Shown here piece by piece: positions 38,178 to 51,137 of a stretch of DNA of 64,000 nt; position 1 is the first letter of the stretch; the number at the start of each line of letters is the position of its first letter. The notes under the pieces were generated by a model. That model did no database searches, was not told the origin of the DNA, and was given only the letters and a program-made list of their open reading frames with translations. The stretch spans positions 14,446,001 to 14,510,000 of the forward strand of contig NW_024704756.1 of assembly GCF_018977255.1 (NCBI RefSeq). The letters run 5' to 3'. The position numbers and the translations under genes are program-made. This DNA comes from Callorhinchus milii (Eukaryota).

Positions 38178-38316
38178 CCCGTCTCAAGACCCTCCTCTTC
38201 GACCGGGCCTTCGGTCACCCTCCTACTACCCCTATCCTCCCTGTTCTCCACCCCTCCTGATCCCTCCTGATGTTGAAAGGCTCTATCCAAATGTAATTTG
38301 CTTTTGTTGTTGTTGT
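38178..38316 (+). mobile_element. L2 3' end
   Basis: ctcaagaccctcctcttcgaccgggccttc (LKTLLFDRAF) and (ttg)n tail. Confidence 0.75.
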
Positions 38317-40808
38317 TATCGTCGAATCCCCGCCATCCCCACTAAGATGAGTTGTTTTAAAAAAATAATAATAATAGCAACATTACATAAATCCTCGTTT
38401 TAAAAGTTTTTGCAAACAAATTCCCCGTCTTGCTGGCCTGCCCGTCGCAGGAAAGCCTTTACCTCGTCTCTCGTTGATCTGGAGATTGACTCAGGTTTGA
38501 AGCATTTCTCGCTCTAACAAATGTGGGGAAAGTGTGTGGAAGAGTTCTCGTTCAATTGCTGGATAATGGAGATCTGGTCCTAGGAGTTGAGCAATCAGCA
38601 GAGAAGCTGGTTTCTCTGGCACTGTTGTGATTTCTTTCCCACTGAAAGACCTAAACCTGACCCTGGAACCTACCTGTGTATTGAGGTACCTCTTCGAGAT
38701 CATGCAATCATCCACCAATTTTAGTTTCAATTTAAGAGTAAGCACGCTTCTTAATCCCCTCACCGCCCACTCCCACTCTTCGAATGGGCAGAGAGCAGTG
38801 TAGCAAAGTTTTACATCTCCGGTGCTGTGACAGCGACAGCTTGCATTTACGCAGCATCCCTCTCGCAAAAGGAGGGTCTCAAAACGCTTTGCAGTCGAAG
38901 CGTTTTATGATGGGAGAGGTGTCTCACACGAGCGCTACCCTGAGCGAGGGGAGCTCCATACGTGCGAGTTGCTGCTGTTGATGATGTTGCTGTTGCCTTC
39001 AGTGGTAACCAGTGGCAGAATAAAAGCGTGATAATGTTTGATGCAAGTTTATCACCGCTCAGCAGCTTTTGCTGAGAAGGGAGAGGCGTATTTGTCGACG
39101 TAAAAACAATCGGATCTAATCACCTTCAGTTCAAGGGGCGTTTTGCCTCTGACACCCCTCCTGATCTTACAATAGTTTCCTTCCTCTCTTCAGATGCCTT
39201 GCCTCTGGCCGCTTGCCGCTGCTCTTGAGAGGAATACGAATACACACCGAGGAAAATCCCATCGCACTCTTCCAAACGCTGTCACTCGAATGGTCACAAA
39301 GCCTGGTTTGATTGTCAAATCGGAGGTTATCAGTCAAATCCTCCTGCTTTTCACTTGCAGAGAATTGAAACAGCGGGGGTGAGGGTGGGTGGGGGGGGGG
39401 GGGGGATCTTAAGCAGACCTCCTCGTAGCCCTTCATTATTCACTGCCTCCCAGTCAGAAAGCCATTACCTTGCACATTACATTCACGAGCCAATTTGTAA
39501 TCTAATTACCCAATTGTTCGTTTAGCCCAGGCACCAGTTTCTCTTGAAAAGCCCTGAGATGCAGAATTTTTACAAACCGCCTGCTGCAAACGGGAGCAAA
39601 TTGGTACCTACTGGATACTCATCAACCACTATTGTACAGGCAACCTTTGAGATACAACCATTATTTTACTGGGATTTTCCTTTTGTGGTGAATTCGATGC
39701 ATTCCTTCCAGGCAGCAGTGGCTCGGACCCTTTCCTGTTGTCAGGATCTAATAATAATTCTTGCGTATGATAAAACGCCTGATCACCTCCTCATCGTCTC
39801 TGTAGGCGAGCGTGGAAGCCAGTTTGCAACGACCTGCTAACGGATATGAAGTGAATAGCCGATTTCAACTGAGGGATTGCTGGCGTGGGCCTGGGAGAAA
39901 TGCTCCTCTGTGAACTCTTAAGTGCTGATGAGATATCACACATCCTGATGGGTCTCGCAACTTAGGTAATTGGTAACAATCGCAGCTCCATACTGCAAAG
40001 CTTCACTTAGCTTCTTTTCACTGAAGTTTGCCCACAGAATTATGTTGGATGAAAGTAGGTCGAGTGGCGTCATAGATGTTAATCAATAACAACTCGCAAT
40101 TATCTAGCGGGCTTCATGTGGGGTAGTGTCTAGTCATGTCATATTCCTCGTCTGAAGCTGTAACCGGAACAGAGAAGCTCCATCTGTTAGTGAAATTTAT
40201 ATCATACATTCTCCTACGTCTTACTGTGCTCAGTTGATTCAGATGTAACATGACACGTCTGTGTGTTCTGTTCAGAAGAAAGGTACAGTATTGAACGTTC
40301 AGTGATTCATCAAAGATTATATATTTTATTAATATATAAAAAATATTACCATTAACTCTCCATCTTTCCCAGACTTGCTGACGAGCCAAAGTACTAAGCT
40401 TGAAAATCTTTTTCAGGGGATTTATTTCCCATCTAATGGTCTATCTTTATCAAATAAAAACCTTCAAGTGAATTTGACTTATTTTCTTCTATCATCCCTA
40501 ATCTTTGTCACTTGTGCAAGTACCAGATACTGGATCGGAAGATGGTAAAGATTGCTAATCCTTATAATTCGAATGTTCCCAAACTTCAGAGCAGTGAAGC
40601 CCTGAAGTACAGCAGAACCTCAGGCGATCTTTCTTGTTGCCTGAGTTTTATCTTGAAGTCTTCAAATAAACTGCAAAATTTTAGGTCTATCCCCACACTG
40701 ACTTCCTCATATTAGGATTGCTGATCTATAATTTACAGTAACATCTATTGGGAATGTGGGCAGAAATCAATTGAGAAACTACGACAATCCAAAGCTGCAC
40801 TTACTATC

Positions 40809-41010
40809 GGGGATAATAATCCCTTCAAATAATAATAATAATTTGATCACTCAATCCATGACCATTTGTGGTATACCTGCTGTATGCAATTGTCTGCTGC
40901 ATTTCACCCACAAAATATACAGTCAATTCACTTAACAGGATATTCTGTGAAGCGCTTTGAGACGTCTCGAAGATGTGACAAGCTGCTACATCGAATACAA
41001 GGATTATTAT
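40809..41010 (+). mobile_element. (ATT)n-tailed SINE 3' half
   Basis: gataataatccc...gatcactcaatccatgac...gcgctttgagacgtctcgaagatgtga. Confidence 0.85.
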
Positions 41011-41027
41011 TATGTTATTGACAATAA

Positions 41028-41158
41028 GTAAGCAGGGTGCATCCCTCCAGGAAGAAAGTGCGCGTTCCATTCCAGACACGGGAACATTTCTACGTGTAGG
41101 TGGAACACTCAGCCTGGTTTGGCTATCTTAACCGTGCTGATGGGTTTCTGCGTGTCAG
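41028..41158 (+). repeat. Unclassified dispersed repeat, copy 1 (paralog at 53036)
   Basis: Identical 17-mer gtaagcagggtgcatcc plus collinear shared blocks over about 120 nt. Confidence 0.7.
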
Positions 41159-42091
41159 ACATCTGGCTGGCCGAAACCTACCATATAAAGCGGTGGGGGT
41201 GGGTGGGGGGAGAACCCTTCTTGATTCAATGAATTAATACCTCCCATCTTTATTGGATGTTGATAGTAAAAGCCTGAACAAAATGCTCATGTGCAAGACT
41301 GGACTTGCTGATATTTGCTATCGCCAATTCCTCCCTTTCTGTTGGATTGCTATTGCCAGTGGCTGAGAATAGGATTATTTAAATTGAGTGGTTGTGTAAC
41401 ATTGTGATAATAATTACCAATAAATGTGCTTTGCAGAAGTAGAATTTGTTCAACACTCTCTCTCTCTCTCTTAATCAATGGCCTAGTTCTTTGTGAGAGG
41501 CTATCCTTCTCGGGGAAATAATAAACCTTGCTATCCTCACCTCAGCAGGGACTGAATTTGTTTTCCGAAGCCTGCATTCAATATCTGTGTGAGCAGAATA
41601 GCTGTACATGGAGCATTCCCCAAGATACTTAGCCAAGGACTCTTATTAAGATAAGCTACCGATTGCACAGCCAAGGTGATAATCAACCTTTTGTTATTGG
41701 AAGAGGATTCTCGGGTTCTTGTAGCCGAATGAACTAACTCGGACGTGTGGGTGTTCCACTTTCTTTATCCAACAGCGCAGAATAGCCATTAACACGTAGA
41801 AAACCCTTCTGTTTGATGAGGAATCTGGAAGCTGTTTTCTCCCGCTATCTAATCGAATCGAATAATCTCAGTTTCCCTAGGCCACTAATGCAATATCTGA
41901 AAGCAAGCACTGTGGCAATGTGCTCACCTGTTAAATAATGTTGGAAATTTCTCCAAGCTATTATTTTCTGTATGTACCTACTGTTATTACAAGGAAAAGC
42001 AAGGCTTTCTCAAATTATTATTTACACTGCACTGTTAACAATTGCTTTCTTGGTGTACAAATATACTACTAACAATAATCACTGCGGTGCC

Positions 42092-42437
42092 TTTCACACC
42101 GGGGTTGCTATACTGTGGAGTGACTGTGTGTGTTTGGTGGATGAACATGGCAGCCAAAGTCCCATAAACAGACATGAATAATAATAATCCCTCCAAAAAC
42201 CAAAAACAATAATTAAATTGGTCATTTTCAATCTACGACTGTTTGTGGGACATTGCTGTGCGCAATTGGCTGCCGCGTTCGCCCACAAATATACAGTCAA
42301 TTCACTTTACAGTGTGTTCTGTGAAGCGCTTCGGGACGTCCTCCCGACGTGAAAAGCGCTATATCAAATGCAAGGATTATTATTATTATGAAGAGAGTGG
42401 CCAATTTTAATGAGGATTGTTGGCCAGGACACTGGGA
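42092..42437 (-). mobile_element. Old DeuSINE fragment split by a younger SINE
   Basis: cccataaacagacatgaa + gagagtggccaatttt...gttggccaggacactggga rejoin to match the family. Confidence 0.7.
42179..42389 (+). mobile_element. Young SINE, 5'-truncated, with 5-bp TSD (ATGAA)
   Basis: Nearly identical to 47370-47577; atgaa at 42174-42178 and 42388-42392. Confidence 0.9.
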
Positions 42438-43354
42438 TACACTTGTTTTAAATAGCGTGTATAAATTACTCTGATCAAAAGGTAAGGTAAAAAGAAATGC
42501 TGCAGCAGTATTGTGAACATCAGGAAGAGGGCAATCTGGAGCAAGTGGTTTGAGTCGAGCTATGATAAGCTTGTGGATGCCTGATAAAGTAATGGGGGAA
42601 AATATTTTCAGCTCGATGAGCTTCACAGCAAAAGACAAGAGCTTGTTTAATATGAACAGTTTGAATTCATTATTAAACCGTTAAGGACAATAACAACAAC
42701 TCGCCACTTATTATTGTTGTTATTATTTGGAGGACGTCTCAAAGCGAGGTGAACTCGTCAGGGAATTTGCGCACAGCGATGTCCAACCGACAGCAATGAA
42801 ATAAACGACCATTTATTGGGTTGGCACATAAACTTGGATGTACGTTCTCGTACACAATTCCAGGATATGGCTCACATGTTCGACTAGAGCAGATGAGACT
42901 GGTCGCCAGCCCCCAGTCTTACGATTTGAATCACATTTTTTGGAGTAAATTTGTATTTACAGAGAGGTGAAGTGGAGGAGAGGTTGTCTGCGACATTCTG
43001 CAGTCTGGCTCTGACTGAGAACCAGCCTCTCCAGAGATTTCAGCAGTCAATGCCAACCCTTCTGACCTCTTTGAGGAATTGAGAGCTGCTTTGGAAACAG
43101 CTCTGGAAATGAATGGGACTTGCCGAAATCGACTCCTGCTCTCACCTCTCTTGTTTTCCGTACTTCAGGCCCCTCCAGGCCCCTTTGGATTGTATGAGCT
43201 GGAGTGACGGTCTGCTTTGCTCGCAGTGTGAGAGGCCGGTATCTATCCGTCATCCTGAAGCAAGAGAGGAACAACAGCTAGAGAGATATTTGCATGACTG
43301 CAAGCTCTAGAAGTATGTTGTGCGGTGAGCAATAGCTCACATCTCTCTCTCTAT

Positions 43355-43503
43355 CTCTCTCTCTACCCTCTCCTCGCTCCCTCCCTTCCCTCCCCTCACC
43401 CTGACCATTTCCCCCCTGCTCGGGTCCTGACCCAACTGTCCAGCGCCTTGGGACGTCCTCCCGACTTGAAAGGCGCTCTATAAATGTAATCTTGTTGTTG
43501 TTG
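43355..43503 (+). mobile_element. Young L2 3' UTR with (TTG)n tail
   Basis: Nearly identical to 35470-35621; preceded by (CT)n. Confidence 0.88.
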
Positions 43504-44424
43504 TAGAGAGAGAGACCAGACTGGTAGAATCCAGGGGGCATTGAGTTCGGGGTTTTAACTTGTCACAAGTCTGGACTTTCTCTGGCCTAGGCTTTCTGTA
43601 CGGTAGTCCCATCTCTAATTATACGGCTTGTGACCTTGGGTGCTTTTTTTTCATACACAACATGGATCGCAACCTTAGAAGTCATATTTTTCATTTCTGT
43701 TGCGTTAACAAAGCATCAGCAAGTCACCCTCGTTTAAACACCTTCCCTGTCCCCTCCCCAACCCCTACCGCCTTGCATGAGCAGCCCTACCAAAACCCAT
43801 CCACATGCCAGTGAGAGCATTTGAATTCCCTTATTGTGTACCTCCTCCACATCACGCTTTACTGTTCTCTCTCTCTATCACTATCTCTCTCTCTCTCTCT
43901 TTCTCGAATGCAGTCTCCTTGGCAACTCAGCTTCTCCCTTCCCTTGCTCTTATCAGAAATAGTCAGGACTTTTGCAGTGATGTATGTGTTAAACAATGTG
44001 CAGGCAACTGCTGACTCACTGAGGCTAGACTAAATATTGCTGTTGACAAAAGGGCAATCTGTCCCGTTTGAAAGCCGGCGACAAGTCAAAAAAAAACCCC
44101 AACGTGCTGGGATTTAAAGGAGCCACACATTTATTGGAGTGAGACATGCCCCTTGCCCACCTACATTTGGTGTGGAGTTACCTGAATAACACACTGGATG
44201 CTTTATGTGGCTTTTTTGCGGCATACGTTAAAAGCGGCCAATATATTTTGCCGCTGTGATGTACACAGCTCCAGGCCTGTACACATACACACACACATAT
44301 ATATATATATATATAGACTGTGTGTAAGTAAATTGGCTTTGCATTGACAAAGTGCAATAGAGTTGCAGACTGGTAGACATATTCCTTTGCACCTGTGGTG
44401 CTGTTTTGCTTACGCTAATAATAC

Positions 44425-44554
44425 AATAATAATAATCATCCTTGCATTTGATATAGCGCCTTATCCCATCATTGGGGGACCTCTCAAAGCGCTTCACAGG
44501 ATATACTGTAAAGTGGAGCAACTGTGTATTTTGTGGGCGAAACGGGGCAGCCAA
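44425..44554 (-). mobile_element. (ATT)n-tailed SINE 3' fragment
   Basis: ccttgcatttgatatagcgccttatc...ctcaaagcgcttcacaggatatactgtaaagtg. Confidence 0.85.
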
Positions 44555-45849
44555 TGTTGGAATAAAGTCTCTTCCAAACCCGAAAGATTCAAATAAGGCC
44601 GTGGCTTTTTAAGCGTTAAGGCTGTTGGTCAAACCTTCTCCACCTTTCGTGTCACGTACAACCAAGATTTCTAAACCACCAATGATCCTGGATTGAGTTC
44701 TGGTGTTTAAGTTGGTGGGTTCCTTCCCAAGGTTTTCATGCTGGATTTCCCTCTTCATTAAGATGATAGGGTTATCAATTACCGAAAGAACTGTGATATC
44801 CAGAGTGCCAGTGTGCCAAAACACCAGATGTTGGATTACCTTAAACCTGGACTGTAGATCTTTTATTTTACAGGGAAGGCATTTTTTTTACGATAAATGC
44901 CATCTTCAAACCATATTGAGCCAAGTTCTGACATTTGGGGATCTGGAGACTTCCAGCGTATCATGAATCCTCGTCTGGGTTGGGGGAAGATTAATTGGTA
45001 TGTGTGTAAGGAGAGGAAAGGAGAAGTAGGAGCATCATCTGTGATAAATGCCAAGGGAGAATTTGGGAGAGCAATTGATATTAGCTTTGTTAAGATGCTC
45101 ATGATTCACAGGGAGAGAGCAGGCAAGTATCTGGGTCATTTCTGCAGAGGCAGAATTACGATGCCCTGAGCGTTCACATTTGTGAAACCGCAGAGTTTCC
45201 CCGGAGTAAGATTAAAAGCAAAAAAAAAAGAAATAAATCATTGACAGCCAGCCATTTTACTTTAAGTCCAATGCAATTGAAACACCTTAAAATAACCAAG
45301 GCGAAACTGAGAGCCTGAGTGCCGTTTTCCAAAGGAAATCACGGAATGTAAAATTTTACCGTTTCCCTCAAATTAAAATTGATGGGTCGCACCGCAGAGC
45401 TAGCTGTGGAGCTTTTATTTTTTTTTGCAATCTTTAACATAGAAATGGGTTAGTGCAACCAAAGAGTTAGAGACCCTTCTATATTTCTCCTTTCAGAAGA
45501 GCTGATGGCTCTCATTAAGGTGAATGATGGAAGTGTAATAAGACAGATGATTGTGCATTTTTGTTTCGCGGTGCGAGTTTGCTCTACCCACCAGGCAACC
45601 TTCACAAGTAGGTCCTTTCTACATCATCAATAATTCCCTCTCCACCCAGCCTCAGAAAATACACACCGCCCCCGCTCCACACCCCCATTGCAAAACAACT
45701 CCCAAAATCCAACCAGTCAAAATAACAATAATATGTAAACATATTTAATCAAAAAATATAATAATCCTTGCATTTGATATAGCGCCTTATCAGGTTAAAG
45801 TGCTTCTCAGTTTTGTTTTCACAACACCCTGCATTCATATAGATAGAGA

Positions 45850-46100
45850 TATAGCGCCTTTCACACGGTGGGGGCGCGGGGGGGGGGCTCATCTCAAAGC
45901 GGTTTACAATGGTGCAGTTGGGGGAAGGTTAGATGCCCATAAGCGCAATCGAAAAGAAAGGTCTTTAGGCACGATCTGAAAATGTGGAAGAAAGGGGGCA
46001 AGGCGGAGGGAGAGAGGGAGAGAGCCCTGTGAAGTGCAGTGACTGTATTACATAGGCAAACGCATCAAGGGGAAGGGGAGGTGACCATAGACACGATCGA
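45850..46100 (-). mobile_element. Decayed L2 3' end(s)
   Basis: tatagcgcctttcac tail; atcgaaaagaaaggtcttta is the reverse of LKT-LFD; ggaggtgaccatagacacgatcgaag is a second remnant. Confidence 0.55.
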
Positions 46101-46991
46101 AGGGGTAGGTAGACGACAAACAACTAATACCTTTGAGATGAGCAAGCCTGGGAGCTTTCTTAGATTTAGAAATTTTCTTAGAAATTTAGATTTTGCGGAT
46201 CAGAGGATTGAAAGTTTATCTTCGTCATTTTGCAGTGAAAGCCAAACTATCACTTCACTCCTATGATAACCAGTGAACTCTGCCATGAGTAATGGGTAGT
46301 TTTGTGTAACGTTTTTGGATTGAATTATTTCAGACATTTTCTGGAGCCTATTGGAAAAAAAGGCTGCTTTAACTCACAAAAGTTTCCCATGTCCACCAGA
46401 GCGTGTTCCAACCAGTTATAGACCATTAACCCGCTTACTCGCCTTGCAAAGTGAAGTAAGATTAAAAGCGTTAGAAGATCCAACTTGTTTGACCTCCCAA
46501 TTCATAAGTGTGTGAGGACTTCTCTGCAACTTCAATGAGTTTGAACCAGGTGTGAAAGTGAATGCACAGGACTGAATTTTAAAACAACGGATTTCCGAGT
46601 GCCTGGAAGAAATATAAGGGGATACCCGCTCAAAAATGTCCTCCAACTTAAAACTGAATTTAAGTACAGTACTGTCCAAAATTCTTCATGATTGTAAATT
46701 TTAACACCTCAGTATTGAGGCTAAGACTCTGAGAAACTCGGGTCTCCAGATATTTGTGTCGCATTGGAAACTCGGTTACTTGTTTTCATCCATGTTTGTA
46801 TTTGATGACTGAATAGTACTTCTCTTGATTTGGATAAGACCGAAAATGTCACTTCAACAACAAAAGCAGCAGCAACAACAGCTTGCATCTACATAGCGCC
46901 CTTCACCTTTTCTTCCTTTGTAAATTCCAAGCTGCCTTTGCTTATTTCTTTATGGACCTTCCTTCAAAGTTGGGTTCATTCTCAGGGCGTA

Positions 46992-47050
46992 CAACACAAA
47001 ATTACATTCGTAAAGCGCCTTTCACGTCGGGAGGACGTCCCAAGGCACTG
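46992..47050 (-). mobile_element. L2 3' tail
   Basis: agcgcctttcacgtcgggaggacgtcccaaggcactg. Confidence 0.8.
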
Positions 47051-47262
47051 TGTAAATTGGGAATCAATAGAGATCCGAATTAGGTGTTCTCCTTGAGTAG
47101 TAGAAGTAAAAGCGGTTAAATGCGGGATTATTAAAGTGCATTTGTTAATCCTGTCGATTTTTTAATTAAAAAATTGTTGTGTCGCTTTTCCCCCCCTCCC
47201 CTCCCCCTCAAGACTATTAACCCTGTGTGAATTTGGAGTCGCTCACGTTGCCACAGAAGAGT

Positions 47263-47577
47263 GGAGTCCTGTAGCTCAGTGGTTACAGGAACGCTTTGCA
47301 AGTGAGAGACCTGAGTTCAATTCGAGGCAGGGCGAAACCTTGGGCAAGTTTCCTTACTCCACACGCCTAATAATAAATAACCAAAAACAATAATAAATTG
47401 GTCATTTTCAATCTACGACTGTTTGTGGGACATTGCTGTGCGCAATTGGCTGCCGCGTTCGCCCACAAATATACAGTCAATTCACTTTACAGTGTGTTCT
47501 GTGAAGCGCTTTGGGACGTCCTCTCGACGTGAAAAGCGCTATATCAAATGCAAGGATTATTATTATTATTATTATTA
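47263..47577 (+). mobile_element. Full-length young tRNA-derived SINE
   Basis: ggagtcctgtagctcagtggtta A box, gttcaattc B box, ccttgggcaagt, Deu-like body, stem-loop, (att)n. Confidence 0.92.
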
Positions 47578-48249
47578 AGTGGGGCTGTTTGGGCCGTCAG
47601 CTTAAATGGCGAATCAAATGAACTGGGAAGCTTTAACAAATTGCTGCTAGCTTGGACTGGTAAGCTTGACTCTGGGTCAGAATGCTGTGGTGGCTGATGG
47701 AGAAATCGGCCAGCGACTGTACAATGTTAGAGGTGCATAATACTGCATTTCACAGAACATAGCGTAGGTTATTTGCTCGTATGGGATTTGTGACTGAGGT
47801 CGCATTGTATGAGATAGTATGAGCAGAGAAGCAATGTTCTCTGTTGGTGTATTAGGGGTAACCTCTTGCCTTTTTGTCATTAGAATGCATGGGATTACTG
47901 ATGAATTCTCTACACGTTAACCAAAGGCGACCGCCAATCTTTGGGTAATTGAATTACAAGGCATAAAAATACAAATGGGACCGTCTAAAAATAGCGCTGG
48001 TCTCCTTACACCCAAGTAATATTAATATTGTTGCAGTAAAATAGATAATGTTATGAGTGGTAATCTGCTCAAGTTGGTCTAATCGAACATGACACCACTA
48101 ATGGCCTCTTTGGGAAAATATTCCGTGCCATGTCGCAAGTGCGTTTCTTTGATACAACAGAATGACCTCAAATCTCCATCTCATTGTTAGCCGAGCAGAC
48201 CATTTTGACTTAAAATCTAAGGTGGCGTAGAACTGTGGAAAAATTCTGT

Positions 48250-48412
48250 TTCACATCTCATCCGAAGGACGGCACCTCCAACAATGCAGTTCTTCCCCCA
48301 GCACTGCATTGGAGCATCAGCCGAGAGCCTGAGCTCAAAGTCCCAAAATAAGGCTGGAGCGTACAGGCTTCCAACCCAGAAGCGAGTGGGCTACCAATCG
48401 AGCGAGACTGAT
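48250..48412 (-). mobile_element. DeuSINE 5' half
   Basis: catctcatccgaaggacggcacctccaacaatgcag...gcactgcattggagcatcagcc...gagctcaaagtcc. Confidence 0.75.
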
Positions 48413-50784
48413 AACCTCATGGTTTGATGAGACAGTGAAAGCGTCAGGTAGCAATTCTCCAAAGTTCACCTCTCTAATTCCCTCATTCCGAAAAGTACAT
48501 TTTTCAAGTTTTGAGCCAAACTCCCCAGTGTTATCTCTCGTTTGTTCTTTTGTCTTGTGAACGTTTTTTTTTCCCCTTTCCAATTTTTCAGCGCTCTGTA
48601 CTTGCTTGTCAGTTGAGCAGTACGCTGTGAAATTGTATCAAACAACTGCACCTCCTCAGAGAACACAAATCAGCCTGCAATGTTATGCAGGAGTAGAAGA
48701 AGCAGTCATCTCCATTATCTACAAACCAGTCTCTCAGAGTTTAGTTACAGTGAGCATCAAACGTGCTTCCTGTGTATAAATGCTGTAAGTCCTAACTAGT
48801 ACTGGAAAACAATTGAGTGAAACAGAATGGAACAAGTCACAATCCACTTACTCTGAAATGTATTAACAGCTCACTTCATGTAGAATCTGATCCACATTGC
48901 CAATGGCAACATTTTCCATTTTCCGAGCTGGATGGAGCTCAAAATGAAGTCTATGGAATTCAAGAGCAGGGCTACGTACGAGTTAAGCGTAAGGTTTCTT
49001 TAAGGGGCCAAAACTTGAATTAATTTCACCTCATGTTTACCTCTAAAGGCAGTGTGTTCTGCCTGGGGAACAACATATCTTAATAGAATCTATTCTGCAC
49101 TGTTTGTTTCACACCACTTACCGGTCTCATACATGTAAAGTTTTCACAGAGTCTAATGTGCTGCAATTTCTAATGGTTTTTTTTTAAGAGGTCAATCACC
49201 CTGCATTGGATTGGACAATTTGAGTGCACTCGACCGAACTAGAGTGGATTAGCAAGTTGCTTTTAAGTTAGAATCCTCGAGGATGATCAGTATATTAGGT
49301 TTACTGTGTAATATCTGTCACATCACTGTCTGGGTTATTACTAATCAAAGAACTTTTATTATACAAATTCTAAGGGGAAATCATTTCTTTTCACTTGTTA
49401 CAGGAAAAAGATGAGCTCATAGTTGGATATATATGAATAGTCTAGGCACTATGATTATTGATACGTAGCATTTAATTTGTCATGAGAGCCTTGAAGGATT
49501 TTAATGACACATCTATACCATGTTTCAAAGTATTGCAAGTGACACATTTTACTTTAATATGGAAATATACCTCTGCAGCGAGCTGTTTAATCTTGCTGTA
49601 AAATTGAACATTTGTATAGAGTTGTATTCATGAAAGTCGTTCAGGCTTTCTTGACAAGTCGCTTGTAATAGCAGTTAATGATGATGCGAGATGTCACTGT
49701 ACTGTCAACAAGAGGTAAAAAAACAGATACTCGGCAGGAATCAATGTTTTATGGTGAGTGCTGACAGGTACCCATGCTGGTAATGTGAATGCTCTTTCAA
49801 ACTCATCATCAAGAAGTTCAAGCTCTGGATAAAATAATAATGGGATAAACAGGACGGAGAGCGTGAGTTTCGATGTAAGAAACCCATGTTTTACATCTGT
49901 TTAAAGCAATGTAAAATGGATGAGAACTTCTGGTAATTTTCTGAGGCACCGCAATTTTGCCCGTGACAGAACAATTTGCTTACAAACACTGAATACTGAT
50001 CATTTTGAAATCACAGTGCTAAGTGGATCAAATCAACACGTTCACGTGAAGAACGTCAAGTCGGGCAAGAGATGAGAAGGATCGTGGAGGAAGACTAAGA
50101 AGGGAAAATTGTCGAGTGAAGAACCTTTAAAGGTGCAATTGAAAAGCAATCCTAGATTTGGTGGACACATCGAGGATAAACTCAACGACAGACGGACTGA
50201 ACCTTCTATTACCCAACCAATCCTCTTTGTTTGTGGAAGGACAATGAACAAACAAGTCTGTTAATGCTGAAATGGAAAATAGAAAATACCACCTTGCTCG
50301 CCTGGGGCTAACAGAGAGCGTAAATAAAGCATTCACAGAAGATTTTTTTTCCCACTGCACAGTACATAAAATCTGACTTGTTTTTGTCGAAGCTGCCTCA
50401 GTCTATTTAAGGTAACCAGTGGACAAGAACTGTTATTTTGACAGCTTTATAGCGGCAATGATTTTCACAGCATTAGAAAGCAATGTCACCTTAGATTTAT
50501 GGCACATGGACACAAATGTGGCAAGTTTTAACGTTTGCTATTGACGACAATAATGCTCTGTTATTACGATGGAGGTAAAGAGAATCCAGAAGTATTCAGC
50601 TCTGCAGAACCATACTTAAAGAAGAATTATGTAGCCTCACTGGTTAGAGACTTTAAGAACTCTTCCATACTCAAATCCTAGTTCTACCTGTGAATTTGTC
50701 AAAGATTATTTTTGTTGGATGAGATTTGTTGGGGTGGATGAGGGAATGGGACTGTTGGTAAAATGGGGTAGATTAGATTTCAAG

Positions 50785-51137
50785 GATTTTACTGTAAAGT
50801 GTGGTGACTGTATTTTGTAGGCGAATGCAGCAGCCGATTTGCTCACAGCAATGTCCTGCAATCAGCCGTGGCTAATTTTATTTGAGGGATTGTTGGCCAG
50901 GACGCTGGGAGGGAGAGAGAAATTCCCTTTTCTTTTTGAACAGTGCCACGGGTTCTTTAACCCATCAGGTGGACGGAACCTCGGCTTAACAACGCATCTG
51001 CCTCAGGCAACGCCACACTCTCCCAGCTCTGCATCGGAGTGTCCACGTAGACTGTATGAGTTCAAAGTCCCGACGTGGGGCTTGAACCCACAACCTTCTG
51101 AATCGTAGGCGAGCATGCTACTGATTGAGCCAGGCTG
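50785..51137 (-). mobile_element. Near full-length old DeuSINE
   Basis: gggcttgaacccacaaccttctga...ctgattgagccaggctg head; ttggccaggacgctgggag; gcagccgatttgctcacagcaatgtcc. Confidence 0.8.

Noticed and set aside
48897-48910. RFX X-box-like palindrome ttgccaatggcaac
   Set aside because: Single imperfect motif with no promoter context; expected by chance.
49678-49764. Box C/D snoRNA (ATGATGA ... CTGA)
   Set aside because: No terminal stem and no recognisable rRNA/snRNA guide; such boxes arise by chance.
50071-50265. Purine-rich open frame (EGSWRKTKKGK...)
   Set aside because: No start or splice acceptor and no recognisable domain.
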